This document shows, piece by piece, positions 45,101-52,611 of a DNA stretch of 64,000 nucleotides. Within the stretch, counting starts at the first letter, position 1. Each line of letters opens with the position of its first letter. Below the pieces are notes generated by a model that was given only the letters and a program-made list of their open reading frames with translations, was not told the origin of the DNA and searched no databases. The translations under genes were made by a program, and so were the position numbers. Source of the stretch: Clostridia bacterium (lineage in GTDB: Bacteria; Bacillota; Clostridia; TANB77; CAG-508); assembly GCA_017536685.1 (NCBI GenBank), contig JAFXGW010000009.1, positions 15,660 to 79,659 of the forward strand, read 5' to 3'.

Positions 45101-47182
45101 TATATAACTCATGGTTTTGGTTATACAAAAATTTTAAATACAAATGATAATTTAAAACAAGAAGTTGAAATTTTTGTTCCAAATGAGGAATCTTTAAAAA
45201 TAATGGACTTTACTATAAAAAATTTAATAAATGAAGAAAGAACATTAAAATTAATTGTTTATATTAAAACTGTTTTAGGTGAAGATGAATACTTGACAAA
45301 TGGAAATTTAAAAGTAGAAAAACAAAACAATTGTATAAAAATTAGAAATGCATTTAGGGAAGATAGTTTTAAAAATAAGATAATGTTTGTATCTAGTAAT
45401 TTGAAGATAAATTCTTTTACTGGAAGTAAAGAAGATTTCGTGGGAGATGGTGATTTATTAAATCCAGATGGATTATATAAAAAATTAGATAATTCGGATG
45501 GGCTTGGTAAAGATTCTTGTTTGGGGATTGAATTCAATATAAAACTTTCAAAATTAGAAGACAAAAAATTTAATATAATTATTGGAGAAGAGAGTTGTGA
45601 AAATAAAATACTTGAACTTGAAGAAAAATATAGTAAAGAAGAGTCTGTTAATTTGGAAAAGGAAAAAACGAAAAAAATTTGGAGTGATATTGTAGATACC
45701 ATAAAAGTAAAGACACCATCTCAAGCCTTAAATTTATTAATGAATGGATGGCTAGTTTATCAAACTTTAGCTAGTAGAATTTTAGGTAGAACAGGATATT
45801 ATCAATCGGGAGGAGCATTTGGTTTTAGAGATCAATTGCAAGATTGTTTGGGAATAAGATATATAGATTCTAATTATTTGAAAAAACAAATTATAAATTG
45901 TGCAAGACATCAATTTATAGAAGGGGATGTTCTTCATTGGTGGCATAATGAAACAAAAAAAGGAATTCGAACTAAATTTTCTGATGATTTATTATGGCTT
46001 GTATATTCTGTAATAGAGTATATAAAATTTGAGAATAATAATTCAATTTTAGAAGAAAAAGTTGAATATTTAAATGGTGAAATTTTAAAAGATTATGAAG
46101 ATGAAAAATATAATTTATATTATGGCTCAAATGTAAAAGAATCAATTTTTAGTCATTGTGTTAGAGCTATTGATTATACACTTAGTAAAGGAATAGAACC
46201 ATTTCCTAAAATAGGAGTTGGTGATTGGAATGATGGTTTTAGTAAAATTGGCGCAAAAGGCAATGGGCAAAGCATATGGCTTGGATTTTTCTTGTATGAT
46301 ATTCTTAATAAATTTATACCAATATGCGAGAAAAAAAATAGAGAAGATTTAGTTTTGAAATATTCGGCAGCAAAGGAATCTTTAAAAAGAAATTTAAACA
46401 CAAAAGGCTGGGATGGTAGATGGTTTAAAAGAGCAATTACGGATGAAGGAATTGAAATTGGTAGTATAAATTCGGAAGAATGTAGAATAGATAGTATTGC
46501 TCAAAGTTGGGCTGTAATTTCTGGTGCAGCTGAGAATGATAAAAAATTTATTGCTATTTCAGAAGTGGAAAATTATTTGATAGATAAAGAAAATAAAATT
46601 ATAAAACTTTTTGATCCTCCTTTTGAAAAAACTTTGATGAATCCTGGATATATAAAGTCATATCCACCAGGAATTAGAGAAAATGGTGGACAGTATACTC
46701 ATGGGGCCTGTTGGCTTTTAATTGCAGAAACTATGCTTGGGTTTGGAGATAAAGCGTTAGAGATTGCTGAAATGATTAATCCTATAAACCATTCAAGAAA
46801 TAGAGAAGAAGCTAAAAAATTTAAATTAGAACCCTATGTAATTGAAGCAGATTTATATAGTAATAAAGATTTAATTGGACGTGGTGGATGGAATTGGTAT
46901 ACTGGTTCGAGTAGCTGGTATTATAAAGCAATACTTGAATATATTTTAGGGTTAAAAATTGAGAATGGATATTTAAAGATTGAACCATGTATTTCAAAAG
47001 AATGGAAAGAATATGAAATTCAATACAAGTATAAAACTACTTTGTATAATATAAAAGTTAAGAATAATTTTGGAAAAAATGTAGGAGTAAATAAGCTTTT
47101 GCTAAATGGGGAAATGATTGAAAATAAAGAGGTTAAATTAGTTGACGATGGGAAAATTTACAATATAGAAATTTTTATGTAA
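39170..47182 (+). CDS. cyclic beta-1,2-glucan synthase-like protein (membrane GT domain, alpha/alpha-barrel domain and GH94 phosphorylase-like domain; 2670 aa)
   Basis: A GAGGGG RBS precedes the start. The TM-flanked glycosyltransferase region carries ITLDSDTNL (a DxD motif) and HRWIRGDWQ. The central region is NNYLMTDNYQEDRN...TSSTNIGLELLAI. The C-terminal GH94-type signatures are GGAFGFRDQLQD, GVGDWNDGF and ENGGQYTHGACW. Size and domain order match the Cgs/NdvB/ChvB family. Confidence 0.8.
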   Translation: MKKYKKLNIPGTLLDRGQLAKHIEKTASDHNIKSNSRKDTYPIPNLIEDYKFILETYNLLSKHLKLGIKIHSAGEWILDNFYVIEETVKVIQKEISLKKYKNMIGLANESYFGFSRSYVLANEIVAFSDCKIDRELIDIALNAYQKKKILSMEELCSIGIFLKISIISHIRKLCEKIYSSQVQKYKAESIVERLVEKKNYPNLKFISPQKTLKIGDEILKYPFIEYMSYKLKLYGKSAISYQNILEKEVQKIGLSISEVIQKEHFNIANIKITMGNCITSIKEINRIDFSEIFSYMNASEEILKQDPSGIYTQMDEESKSYYRRRLEKLARKNKISEIYIAEKIITLCQEFQDSNNLEDIKKSHIGYYLLKKDGIEKLNNLLEIKNHKTLNDRQKSRLYVATSTFIPIYFCFVLYIFLIYNNKEFWISTFALVISYIPISEIFFRMQNYFLSKIKAPTMLPKMDYDKGIPESKSTFVVIPTILKSKEKVQEMFEKLEVYYLANKSENLYFALLGDCSEETVKVKDEDYEVISSGIDICKKLNEKYKTDKFNKFHFLYRERQWNSQEKSYIGWERKRGLLTTFNRYIKGKQDNNFLENTIEVEKEKIPDIKYIITLDSDTNLNLNTASKLIGAMSHILNLPVIQDRKVVDGYGIMQPRIGMDLLLSQKTYFVELYSMKGGIDCYTNAISDIYQDYFCEGIFTGKGIYNVEIYNEILKDEFPENTILSHDLLEGNFLRCGLLTDVMLLDGYPMRYIPYMLRNHRWIRGDWQIVRWLKNERLNELSKFKIYDNLRRSLLPIFSFLMIAFGIFDVFKSVLANNIFISIGIVGIIIPYFLDILNYIIFKESNISGAVYAYKKFSKELSLIKISFIRLCLQILFLPYETYKNIDSIVRSLYRMNKKCKCLEWITAEDGEKNSKNDLNSYYKEMCVCFIAGLFFVVSFNWIGRMLGIAWIGAPIIAWYISLERQDKKEISASNKKYLEEIAKRTWNFFEDHINEDNNYLMTDNYQEDRNEKIVSRTSSTNIGLELLAIISAYDLGFINFKKAIDYLNKVLVTVSGLSKWNGHLYNWYNTKTLMPLIPRYISTVDSGNFVGYLYVVKSFLKENKNKADLENITILVNDLINNTDFSKLYSEKNKLMSIGYNLEENKLTDSYYDFLASEARQASIVAIAKRDVPIKHWNNLSRTLTSLNGYKGLVSWTGTAFEYLMPNVNLDRFKGSLLDEACKFAIMSQIEYAKKLGVPWGISESAFNLRDLNNNYQYKAFGIPWLGLKRGLDEDIVISPYSTFLSLEDKLEEGVENLKKIESNGGYGKYGFYEAIDYTSLRVGKSGKAIVKTYMAHHQGLILLSINNVLRNNILRKRFNKNPEIEATNILLQERMPIQLIITKEKKEKITKNKNINFSSYIERIIEKPSKKYKNLNVISNEKYKIIIDDYGDSISEYDGLMVNNFKRTSELKQRMNFYIKNIKNKKIVDTKENTKVIFAPDKAKFIKNENNLKIEEIVCLDPNKAIEIRRLEIENLGNTDEVLEIIADFEPSLSKKMQEYSHPAFNKLFMKLEETNGNIIFEKKDRNLLESKYLATSLYTENEQIGDFEYEIDKEKYLGRENLGISNMIKTQKSFSKEIFQVTDPIIAMKRTIKIKAREVVNINFLISVSDSKEEAIENLENVKSEEEIIRILNIARVRSEEESKYLQIDGKKIDLYVRYLKYLLRPTISKTASNIENFQIDSLWKYGISGDNPILLVKVKNIEDIYVLDDVIAAYEYYRAKKIFIDLIILNEEIDVYERYVKENINSVISNKQLDYLKDVNAGIFVLNKDEIMKEDLDVIEFKARIILDSSKTDLESFIKDLEEQENDNDIVKKEKNYTTNSEMYPFKKEKLLFDNSYGGFSEDGREYKIYKNEENTLPTVWCNILANNFFGTVVTDNLGGYTWSKNSRLNRLTAWNNDRVLDIPSEIFYLKNEDNKNVWTLNSGVVPNKNYYYITHGFGYTKILNTNDNLKQEVEIFVPNEESLKIMDFTIKNLINEERTLKLIVYIKTVLGEDEYLTNGNLKVEKQNNCIKIRNAFREDSFKNKIMFVSSNLKINSFTGSKEDFVGDGDLLNPDGLYKKLDNSDGLGKDSCLGIEFNIKLSKLEDKKFNIIIGEESCENKILELEEKYSKEESVNLEKEKTKKIWSDIVDTIKVKTPSQALNLLMNGWLVYQTLASRILGRTGYYQSGGAFGFRDQLQDCLGIRYIDSNYLKKQIINCARHQFIEGDVLHWWHNETKKGIRTKFSDDLLWLVYSVIEYIKFENNNSILEEKVEYLNGEILKDYEDEKYNLYYGSNVKESIFSHCVRAIDYTLSKGIEPFPKIGVGDWNDGFSKIGAKGNGQSIWLGFFLYDILNKFIPICEKKNREDLVLKYSAAKESLKRNLNTKGWDGRWFKRAITDEGIEIGSINSEECRIDSIAQSWAVISGAAENDKKFIAISEVENYLIDKENKIIKLFDPPFEKTLMNPGYIKSYPPGIRENGGQYTHGACWLLIAETMLGFGDKALEIAEMINPINHSRNREEAKKFKLEPYVIEADLYSNKDLIGRGGWNWYTGSSSWYYKAILEYILGLKIENGYLKIEPCISKEWKEYEIQYKYKTTLYNIKVKNNFGKNVGVNKLLLNGEMIENKEVKLVDDGKIYNIEIFM

Positions 47183-47199
47183 TAAATTTGAAAAAAAAC

Positions 47200-47228
47200 T
47201 TGTACAAAATTGTTAAATATGATATAAA
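47200..47228 (+). promoter_or_regulatory. candidate promoter of the response-regulator gene
   Basis: TTGTAC (47200-47205), a 17-bp spacer, then TATAAA (47223-47228). Confidence 0.35.
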
Positions 47229-47273
47229 GGAATAGTAAAATTTGATAATTTCTTTTAGAAAGGCGGTAATTTT

Positions 47274-48026
47274 GTGGAAGAAATAGTTGAAAAAGACAAA
47301 AAAACTATACTTGTAGTAGATGACGAACAAAGTATAATGGAGTTATTGGTATTTAATTTGCAAAAAGAAGGATATAATACATTAGAAGCTTATGACGGTG
47401 TTACTGCAGTAGAGATGGCAATAAATGAAAAACCAGATTTAATTCTTTTAGATGTTATGATACCAAAAATGGATGGAATATCAGTATGTAAAAAAATTAG
47501 ATATGCATTAAATATATCAAATATTCCTATACTAATGATATCAGCTAAAGATACAGAATCAGATAAAATAGTTGGATTAGAAATGGGAGCTGATGATTAT
47601 ATAACTAAGCCTTTCCAAATAAGAGAAGTTATGGCTAGAATAAAAGCTAATTTAAGAAAAGCAGAGTTAAATGCAAATATTGATTCTATGAATAGTAGAA
47701 AATCTGAAGATAAAAACGACATTATAAGAGTTGGAGATTTATCTTTAGATCTAAAAAAAGTTGAAGCTAAAGTTAAAGGGGAAGTTATTAATTTAACTAA
47801 AAAAGAATTTGATGTTCTTAAATATTTAGCAAGTCAACCAGGACAAGTTGTAACAAGAGAGATGTTACTTCGCGAAGTTTGGGAATATGAAGAATATGTT
47901 GGGGCTATTAGAACAATAGATGTAACAATGAATAGAATTAGAGATAAAATAGAAAAAGATAAAGCAAATCCTAAAATTCTTATAACAAAAAGAGGAGTAG
48001 GATATTACGTTACAGATAAAAATTAG
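47274..48026 (+). CDS. OmpR/PhoB-family response regulator
   Basis: A GTG start lies 7 nt after AAAGGCGG. The receiver domain carries ILVVDDE, the phospho-acceptor Asp in DLILLDVMIPKMDG, and ADDYITKPF. A winged-helix C-terminus (LTKKEFDVLKYLASQPGQVVTREMLL...RGVGY) follows. The inter-domain linker is unusually long (LNANIDSMNSRKSEDKNDI). Confidence 0.9.
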   Translation: MEEIVEKDKKTILVVDDEQSIMELLVFNLQKEGYNTLEAYDGVTAVEMAINEKPDLILLDVMIPKMDGISVCKKIRYALNISNIPILMISAKDTESDKIVGLEMGADDYITKPFQIREVMARIKANLRKAELNANIDSMNSRKSEDKNDIIRVGDLSLDLKKVEAKVKGEVINLTKKEFDVLKYLASQPGQVVTREMLLREVWEYEEYVGAIRTIDVTMNRIRDKIEKDKANPKILITKRGVGYYVTDKN

Positions 48027-48032
48027 AAATAG

Positions 48033-48064
48033 AAGCTAGATACTAAATGTATCTAGCTTTTGTT
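48033..48064 (+). terminator. rho-independent terminator directly after the response regulator
   Basis: AAGCTAGATAC, loop TAAAT, GTATCTAGCTT: a perfect 11-bp stem, followed by TTGTT. Confidence 0.65.
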
Positions 48065-48120
48065 AATATAGAAATATTTTTAGTTATAATGAAAAATATA
48101 ATAAATAGTTATAGATTTGC

Positions 48121-48149
48121 TTGAACAAATTAGAGCTTAAGTATATAAT
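48121..48149 (+). promoter_or_regulatory. near-consensus sigma-A promoter in front of the histidine kinase
   Basis: TTGAAC (48121-48126), a 17-bp spacer, then TATAAT (48144-48149). A GGGAG RBS lies before the ATG at 48185. Confidence 0.55.
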
Positions 48150-48184
48150 ACAAAGAGAAATTAATACCAATATGGGAGAAAAGG

Positions 48185-49652
48185 ATGTTAAAAAGTATAC
48201 AAATAAAAATTGTGCTAGTTTTTTCAATAGTTGGAATTATTGCTATTACAGTGTTTGGATTAACAGAAATATATAATTTACAAGAACTCCAAAAAAACAT
48301 TTTGTCAAGTGATACAACTATTCGGAATTAATGTAGAGATTTCAAATCTAATTTATAAAACCAAAGCTATAACAGGGATTGCTTTAGCGAGTTTTGTGTT
48401 TTTAATGACTATAGTTGGAGTTTTCGTTTCTAAAGTAATAATAGCTCCAATTTCAAACCTTGTAAAAAGTGCGGAACAAGCTACTAAAAGTGAGAGAATA
48501 AAATATTTAGGAGACGGTAAAAAGAAAAACGAAATAAATGATTTAGTTTCTGCTTTTGATAATATGAATAATGAATTAAAAGAAAATCTTAATGAAGCAA
48601 CAAGACAAAAAAAGCAAATGGAAACAATATTACTTCATATGACAGATGGAATTATAGCTTTTAATATTGAGGGAAAAATAATTCATATTAATCCAGCTGC
48701 TAAAACATTCTTAGGTGTTGACAACGAAAAAACATTTAATGAAATTTTTGATCAGTATAATGTAGATATAAATTTAGAAAAAATTATTTATTTAGAAAAT
48801 TGGACTTCCTCAGAACAAAAAATAAATGTAGAGGATAGAACTATAAATTTATTTTTTGCACCATTTAAAAATGAGAATGATAGACCAGCAGGTGTAATTG
48901 TAGTTATTCAAGATATTACAGAACATGTAAAACTAGATACAATGAGAAAAAGATTTGTTGCAGATGTGTCTCACGAATTAAAAACACCAATTACTTCAAT
49001 AATGGGATATGCAGATACACTTTTGGAAAATGAAGTAGATGAAGAAATAAGCAGAAAATTTTTAGAGAGGATTTCTACAGAGGCACAAAGAATGTCAAGA
49101 TTGGTTAGTGATTTATTAACCCTTTCTAGATATGATACTTCAAAAATTAAAACAGAAAAAACAGAATTTGATCTAGGGGAATTGGTAAAATATACATTTG
49201 ATGGTTTGGATTTAGAAATGAAGAAAAAATCACAAACAGGAGAGTGCTTTGTGACTTCAGATGTTCCACTTGTGTTTGCTGATAAAAATGGAATTGAAAG
49301 AGTAGTATTAAATATATTGACAAATGCTATTAAATATACTCCTGAAAATGGAAATATAAAAGTATATGTTGGATTTGTTTATAATGATGCATATATAAAA
49401 ATAATAGATACAGGTATAGGAATACCAAAGGATGATTTAGATAAGATTTTTGAAAGGTTCTATAGAGTGGATAAAGCTCGTACTAGAGAAATGGGCGGAA
49501 CTGGACTAGGACTTTCAATTGCTAAAGAAATATTAGATAGAAATGATGCTATGATAGATATAAAAAGTGAGGTTGGAAAGGGAACAGAAGTGGTTATTAG
49601 AATACCAACCAAACAACCTAAAAATATAAAGGAAAAGAAGACTGAAGAATAG
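48185..49652 (+). pseudogene. PAS-containing sensor histidine kinase, reading frame broken in an A7 tract (frameshift or sequencing error)
   Basis: ATG 48185 encodes TM1 (MLKSIQIKIVLVFSIVGIIAITVFGL...) and stops at 48329-48331. The +1 frame is open from 48264. It encodes TM2 (ITGIALASFVFLMTIVGVFV), HAMP, PAS (LLHMTDGIIAFNIEGKIIHINPAA), HisKA (FVADVSHELKTPITS) and HATPase (NAIKYTP, DTGIGIP, GGTGLGLSIAKEIL) modules. Deleting one A from the A7 run at 48291-48297 fuses the two parts. Confidence 0.85.
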
Positions 49653-49663
49653 AGGAGAATATT

Positions 49664-50962
49664 ATGAGAATGTTAAAAAAATCTTTAATTAGTTTAAGTA
49701 TGATATTATTTTATACAAATAAGGTATATGCTACAACAGAAAATAATGTTACAAATGTTACGATAGATTCAGGAAAAATAGGATTACTTTTAGTAGCAAT
49801 AGGTTTGATAGCATTGGTATTACTATTAGGATATAAATTAGATAAAAATGAGGCTCAAGAAAAAAGAAAAGAACAAATTATAAAGAAACGCAAAAATAAT
49901 AAAGAAAGTATTTCTCATAATGAAGCAAAAAATGAAAATGAATATACAAAAATAGCAGATGAAACATCAGCTTTTGAAACTGTGTATCCAAAATTAAATG
50001 AAGAATTAGAAAACGATTTTGAAGAAATTGAAAATTTTGATAAAACAGCTGTAATAGCTAAAGTTAATTTATCAGATATAGATGAACAAGATGCTGAGGA
50101 AGAGTTATATGAGGAATTTGAAGAACAAGAAGATAAAGAAAATGATTTTGAAGCTAATTATGATTATGAAAACTATGAAAATTCAACAATGATTTTTGAT
50201 GCTCCTCCTATAAAAAAAGAAACAGAAACACTAAGTTCATTTGATACTGTAAAAGGATATGATTTTGAGGATAAAGAATTAAATAATATTGAAAAAGAAT
50301 CAACTACAATGGTAAAAAAATATACAAGAAAGAAAATGCAAAAAGACTTGCAAGTAGTTGATGAAGAAAAAAAGGTTAAAACAAGAAAGACAGCAAAAAA
50401 AGAAACAGAAGAGAAACCAGCAAAATCAAGAAAAACTACTAAAAAAGAAACGGAAGAAAAACCAACAAAAACAAGAAAAGCTACTAAAAAAGAAACAGAA
50501 GAAAAAACAACAAAAACAAGAAAGACAACAAAAGAAGAAACAGAAGAGAAACCAGCAAAGGCAAGAAAAACTACTAAAAAAGAAACAGAAAAAAAACCAG
50601 CAAAGGCAAGAAAAACTACAAAAAAAGAAACAGAAGAAAAACCAGTAAAAACAAGAAAAACTACTAAAATAGTAAAGGAAGAAAATATAGAAGATAAAGA
50701 AAACACTGAAAAAAAAGAAATTCAAGAAATGTTAGAAGTCGAAAAAAAAGTAGAAGAGAAAAAAACTAAACCAAGAAAAACAAGAACTCAAAAAGCCGCA
50801 GAAGATAAATTAAAGAAAACAAGAGCAACTTCAGTTAGAAAGGCTGCTGAAAAAGAAGCTGAAAAAGCCAAAGAAGCTTTAGAGAAGACGAAAGAAAAAA
50901 GAAATAGAAAGACAACAAAATCAACAACTAAGAGAAATACAACTGGAAGAAAAAAAGCATAA
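49664..50962 (+). CDS. secreted or membrane-anchored, highly charged repeat protein (432 aa)
   Basis: A GAGGAG RBS precedes the start. There is a signal-like N-terminus (SLISLSMILFYTNKVYA) and a second hydrophobic span (IGLLLVAIGLIALVLLLGY). An acidic region follows, then 6.5 copies of a 15-aa K/T/E repeat, then a basic C-terminus. Confidence 0.75.
   Translation: MRMLKKSLISLSMILFYTNKVYATTENNVTNVTIDSGKIGLLLVAIGLIALVLLLGYKLDKNEAQEKRKEQIIKKRKNNKESISHNEAKNENEYTKIADETSAFETVYPKLNEELENDFEEIENFDKTAVIAKVNLSDIDEQDAEEELYEEFEEQEDKENDFEANYDYENYENSTMIFDAPPIKKETETLSSFDTVKGYDFEDKELNNIEKESTTMVKKYTRKKMQKDLQVVDEEKKVKTRKTAKKETEEKPAKSRKTTKKETEEKPTKTRKATKKETEEKTTKTRKTTKEETEEKPAKARKTTKKETEKKPAKARKTTKKETEEKPVKTRKTTKIVKEENIEDKENTEKKEIQEMLEVEKKVEEKKTKPRKTRTQKAAEDKLKKTRATSVRKAAEKEAEKAKEALEKTKEKRNRKTTKSTTKRNTTGRKKA
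50377..50668 (+). repeat. in-frame 45-bp (15-aa) tandem repeat, about 6.5 copies, unit K[TSA]RK[TA][TA]KKETEEKP[ATV]
   Basis: KTRKTAKKETEEKPA KSRKTTKKETEEKPT KTRKATKKETEEKTT KTRKTTKEETEEKPA KARKTTKKETEKKPA KARKTTKKETEEKPV KTRKTTK. Confidence 0.9.
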
Positions 50963-51001
50963 AATAATATTAAAAAATATAAATAGAAATATGTATTTTA
51001 C

Positions 51002-51030
51002 TTGAAAATATAAAAAAAGTAATGTATAAT
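51002..51030 (+). promoter_or_regulatory. sigma-A-like promoter upstream of lepB
   Basis: TTGAAA (51002-51007), a 17-bp spacer, then TATAAT (51025-51030). Confidence 0.5.
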
Positions 51031-51061
51031 TCGTTTTGAAAAATGAGAAAGAAGGAAACTA

Positions 51062-51691
51062 ATGAGCGAAAATGTTAAAGAAATATTGGAATGGTTTTAT
51101 TGTATAGTAATTGCTCTAGTTTTAGCATTATTATTTAGATATTTTATTGCAACACCAACAATTGTGCAACAAAGATCTATGTATCCAACATTAAAGCATG
51201 ATGAAAGATTAATATTAGATAGAACATTTAGAATAACTCGTAAAAAACCACAAATAGGAGATATAGTTACTTTCGAAGCACCATCAAAAGATTATGAAAA
51301 ATGGAATGCTGATCAATCGAATCCAATTGCAATATATGATAATGAACCAACTAATGTATTTAGTAAGTTTGTATATTATTGCTTGGAAACAACTAAAAAA
51401 AGCTATATAAAAAGAGTTATTGCCTTAGAGGGAGATCATGTGAAAATTGAAAATAACACTGTTTATGTGAATGGTATTCCTCAAGATGAAAAATATTTAT
51501 CAGATGATGTTGTAACAGAATCATCTGTGTTTTACGATTTTATAGTTCCAGAAGGATATTTCTTTGCGATGGGGGATAATAGAACCAAAAGTACTGATTG
51601 TAGAAATATAGGATGTATCCCATTTGAAAAATTGGAAGGAATAGTACGTTTTAGATTTTGGCCATTTAGTGAATTTGGAAAAATTGATTAG
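51062..51691 (+). CDS. lepB: signal peptidase I
   Basis: An N-terminal TM segment is followed by the catalytic Ser box (QQRSMYPTL), the Lys box (YIKRVIALEGD) and GDNRTKSTDCRNIG. Confidence 0.9.
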   Translation: MSENVKEILEWFYCIVIALVLALLFRYFIATPTIVQQRSMYPTLKHDERLILDRTFRITRKKPQIGDIVTFEAPSKDYEKWNADQSNPIAIYDNEPTNVFSKFVYYCLETTKKSYIKRVIALEGDHVKIENNTVYVNGIPQDEKYLSDDVVTESSVFYDFIVPEGYFFAMGDNRTKSTDCRNIGCIPFEKLEGIVRFRFWPFSEFGKID

Positions 51692-51702
51692 GAGTAAAAT
51701 AA

Positions 51703-52611
51703 TTGGAGTTTAAAAACATTATTGGTAATACAGAAATTAAAGAGTATTTAATGAAAAATGTTAAACAAAAAAATATTTTACATAGCTATTTATTTTTAGG
51801 AACTGCTGGTATTGGAAAATTGCTAATAGCTAAAGCATTTGCTAAAAATATATTGTGCTTAGGAAATAATGAGGATGATTGTAATTGTAAATCATGTATG
51901 TGTTTTGATGGTTTAAATCATCCAGATTTTTATTGTATAAATGAAGAAGGAGATACAATAAAAGTTGAAACAATTCGAAATTTAACAGAAAAAGTAATTG
52001 AAAAACCAATTGTTTCTAATAAAAAGGTTTATATAATAAATGACTGTGAAAAAATGACAAAAGAAGCTCAAAATTGTTTACTTAAAACTTTAGAAGAGCC
52101 ACCAGAATTTGCTATTATTATTCTAATATCATCAAATGAAAATGTAATTTTAAATACCATTAAATCAAGATGTATGAGTGTTAAATTTAAAAATATTGAT
52201 GATATAGAATTGTTAAAATATGCAAAAGAAATTTTAGGATATCAAGAAGTTTCAGAAAATCTATTAAAATCATTTTATGGTAGTATTGGAAAAGCAATAA
52301 AATTAAAAGATTCAAAAGAAAAATATGATGAAATAGATAAGTTCGTATCAAATTTATCGAAAAAAGATATCATAGATATAATGATAGACGGAAAAATAAT
52401 ATATGATAAAGAAAATATTTATGATATATTAGATTATATAACTGTATGTTTATATGCTAAATTTAATGAGAATGAAAAAAACATATATTGCATAAAATAT
52501 GTTAATGAGTGTGCTGACAGGCTTAGAACAAATAGCAATTTTGATATGACAATTGATAATTTGCTATTCAAAATGTGGGAGGAATTAAATGAAAATAGTA
52601 ACAGGTGTTAG
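51703..52611 (+). CDS. holB: DNA polymerase III subunit delta'
   Basis: A TTG start follows an AGGAG RBS. The protein carries LHSYLFLGTAGIGKLLIAKAFAKNILC, CKSCMCF, LLKTLEEPP and SRCMSVKF. Confidence 0.85.
   Translation: MEFKNIIGNTEIKEYLMKNVKQKNILHSYLFLGTAGIGKLLIAKAFAKNILCLGNNEDDCNCKSCMCFDGLNHPDFYCINEEGDTIKVETIRNLTEKVIEKPIVSNKKVYIINDCEKMTKEAQNCLLKTLEEPPEFAIIILISSNENVILNTIKSRCMSVKFKNIDDIELLKYAKEILGYQEVSENLLKSFYGSIGKAIKLKDSKEKYDEIDKFVSNLSKKDIIDIMIDGKIIYDKENIYDILDYITVCLYAKFNENEKNIYCIKYVNECADRLRTNSNFDMTIDNLLFKMWEELNENSNRC

Noticed and set aside
47274-49652. Naming the two-component system WalR/WalK (YycFG).
   Set aside because: The kinase has only a roughly 35-aa extracellular loop. The downstream gene is not YycH/YycI-like. 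The RR has an atypical long linker, and the genes are separated by a terminator. The evidence is not enough for an orthology call.
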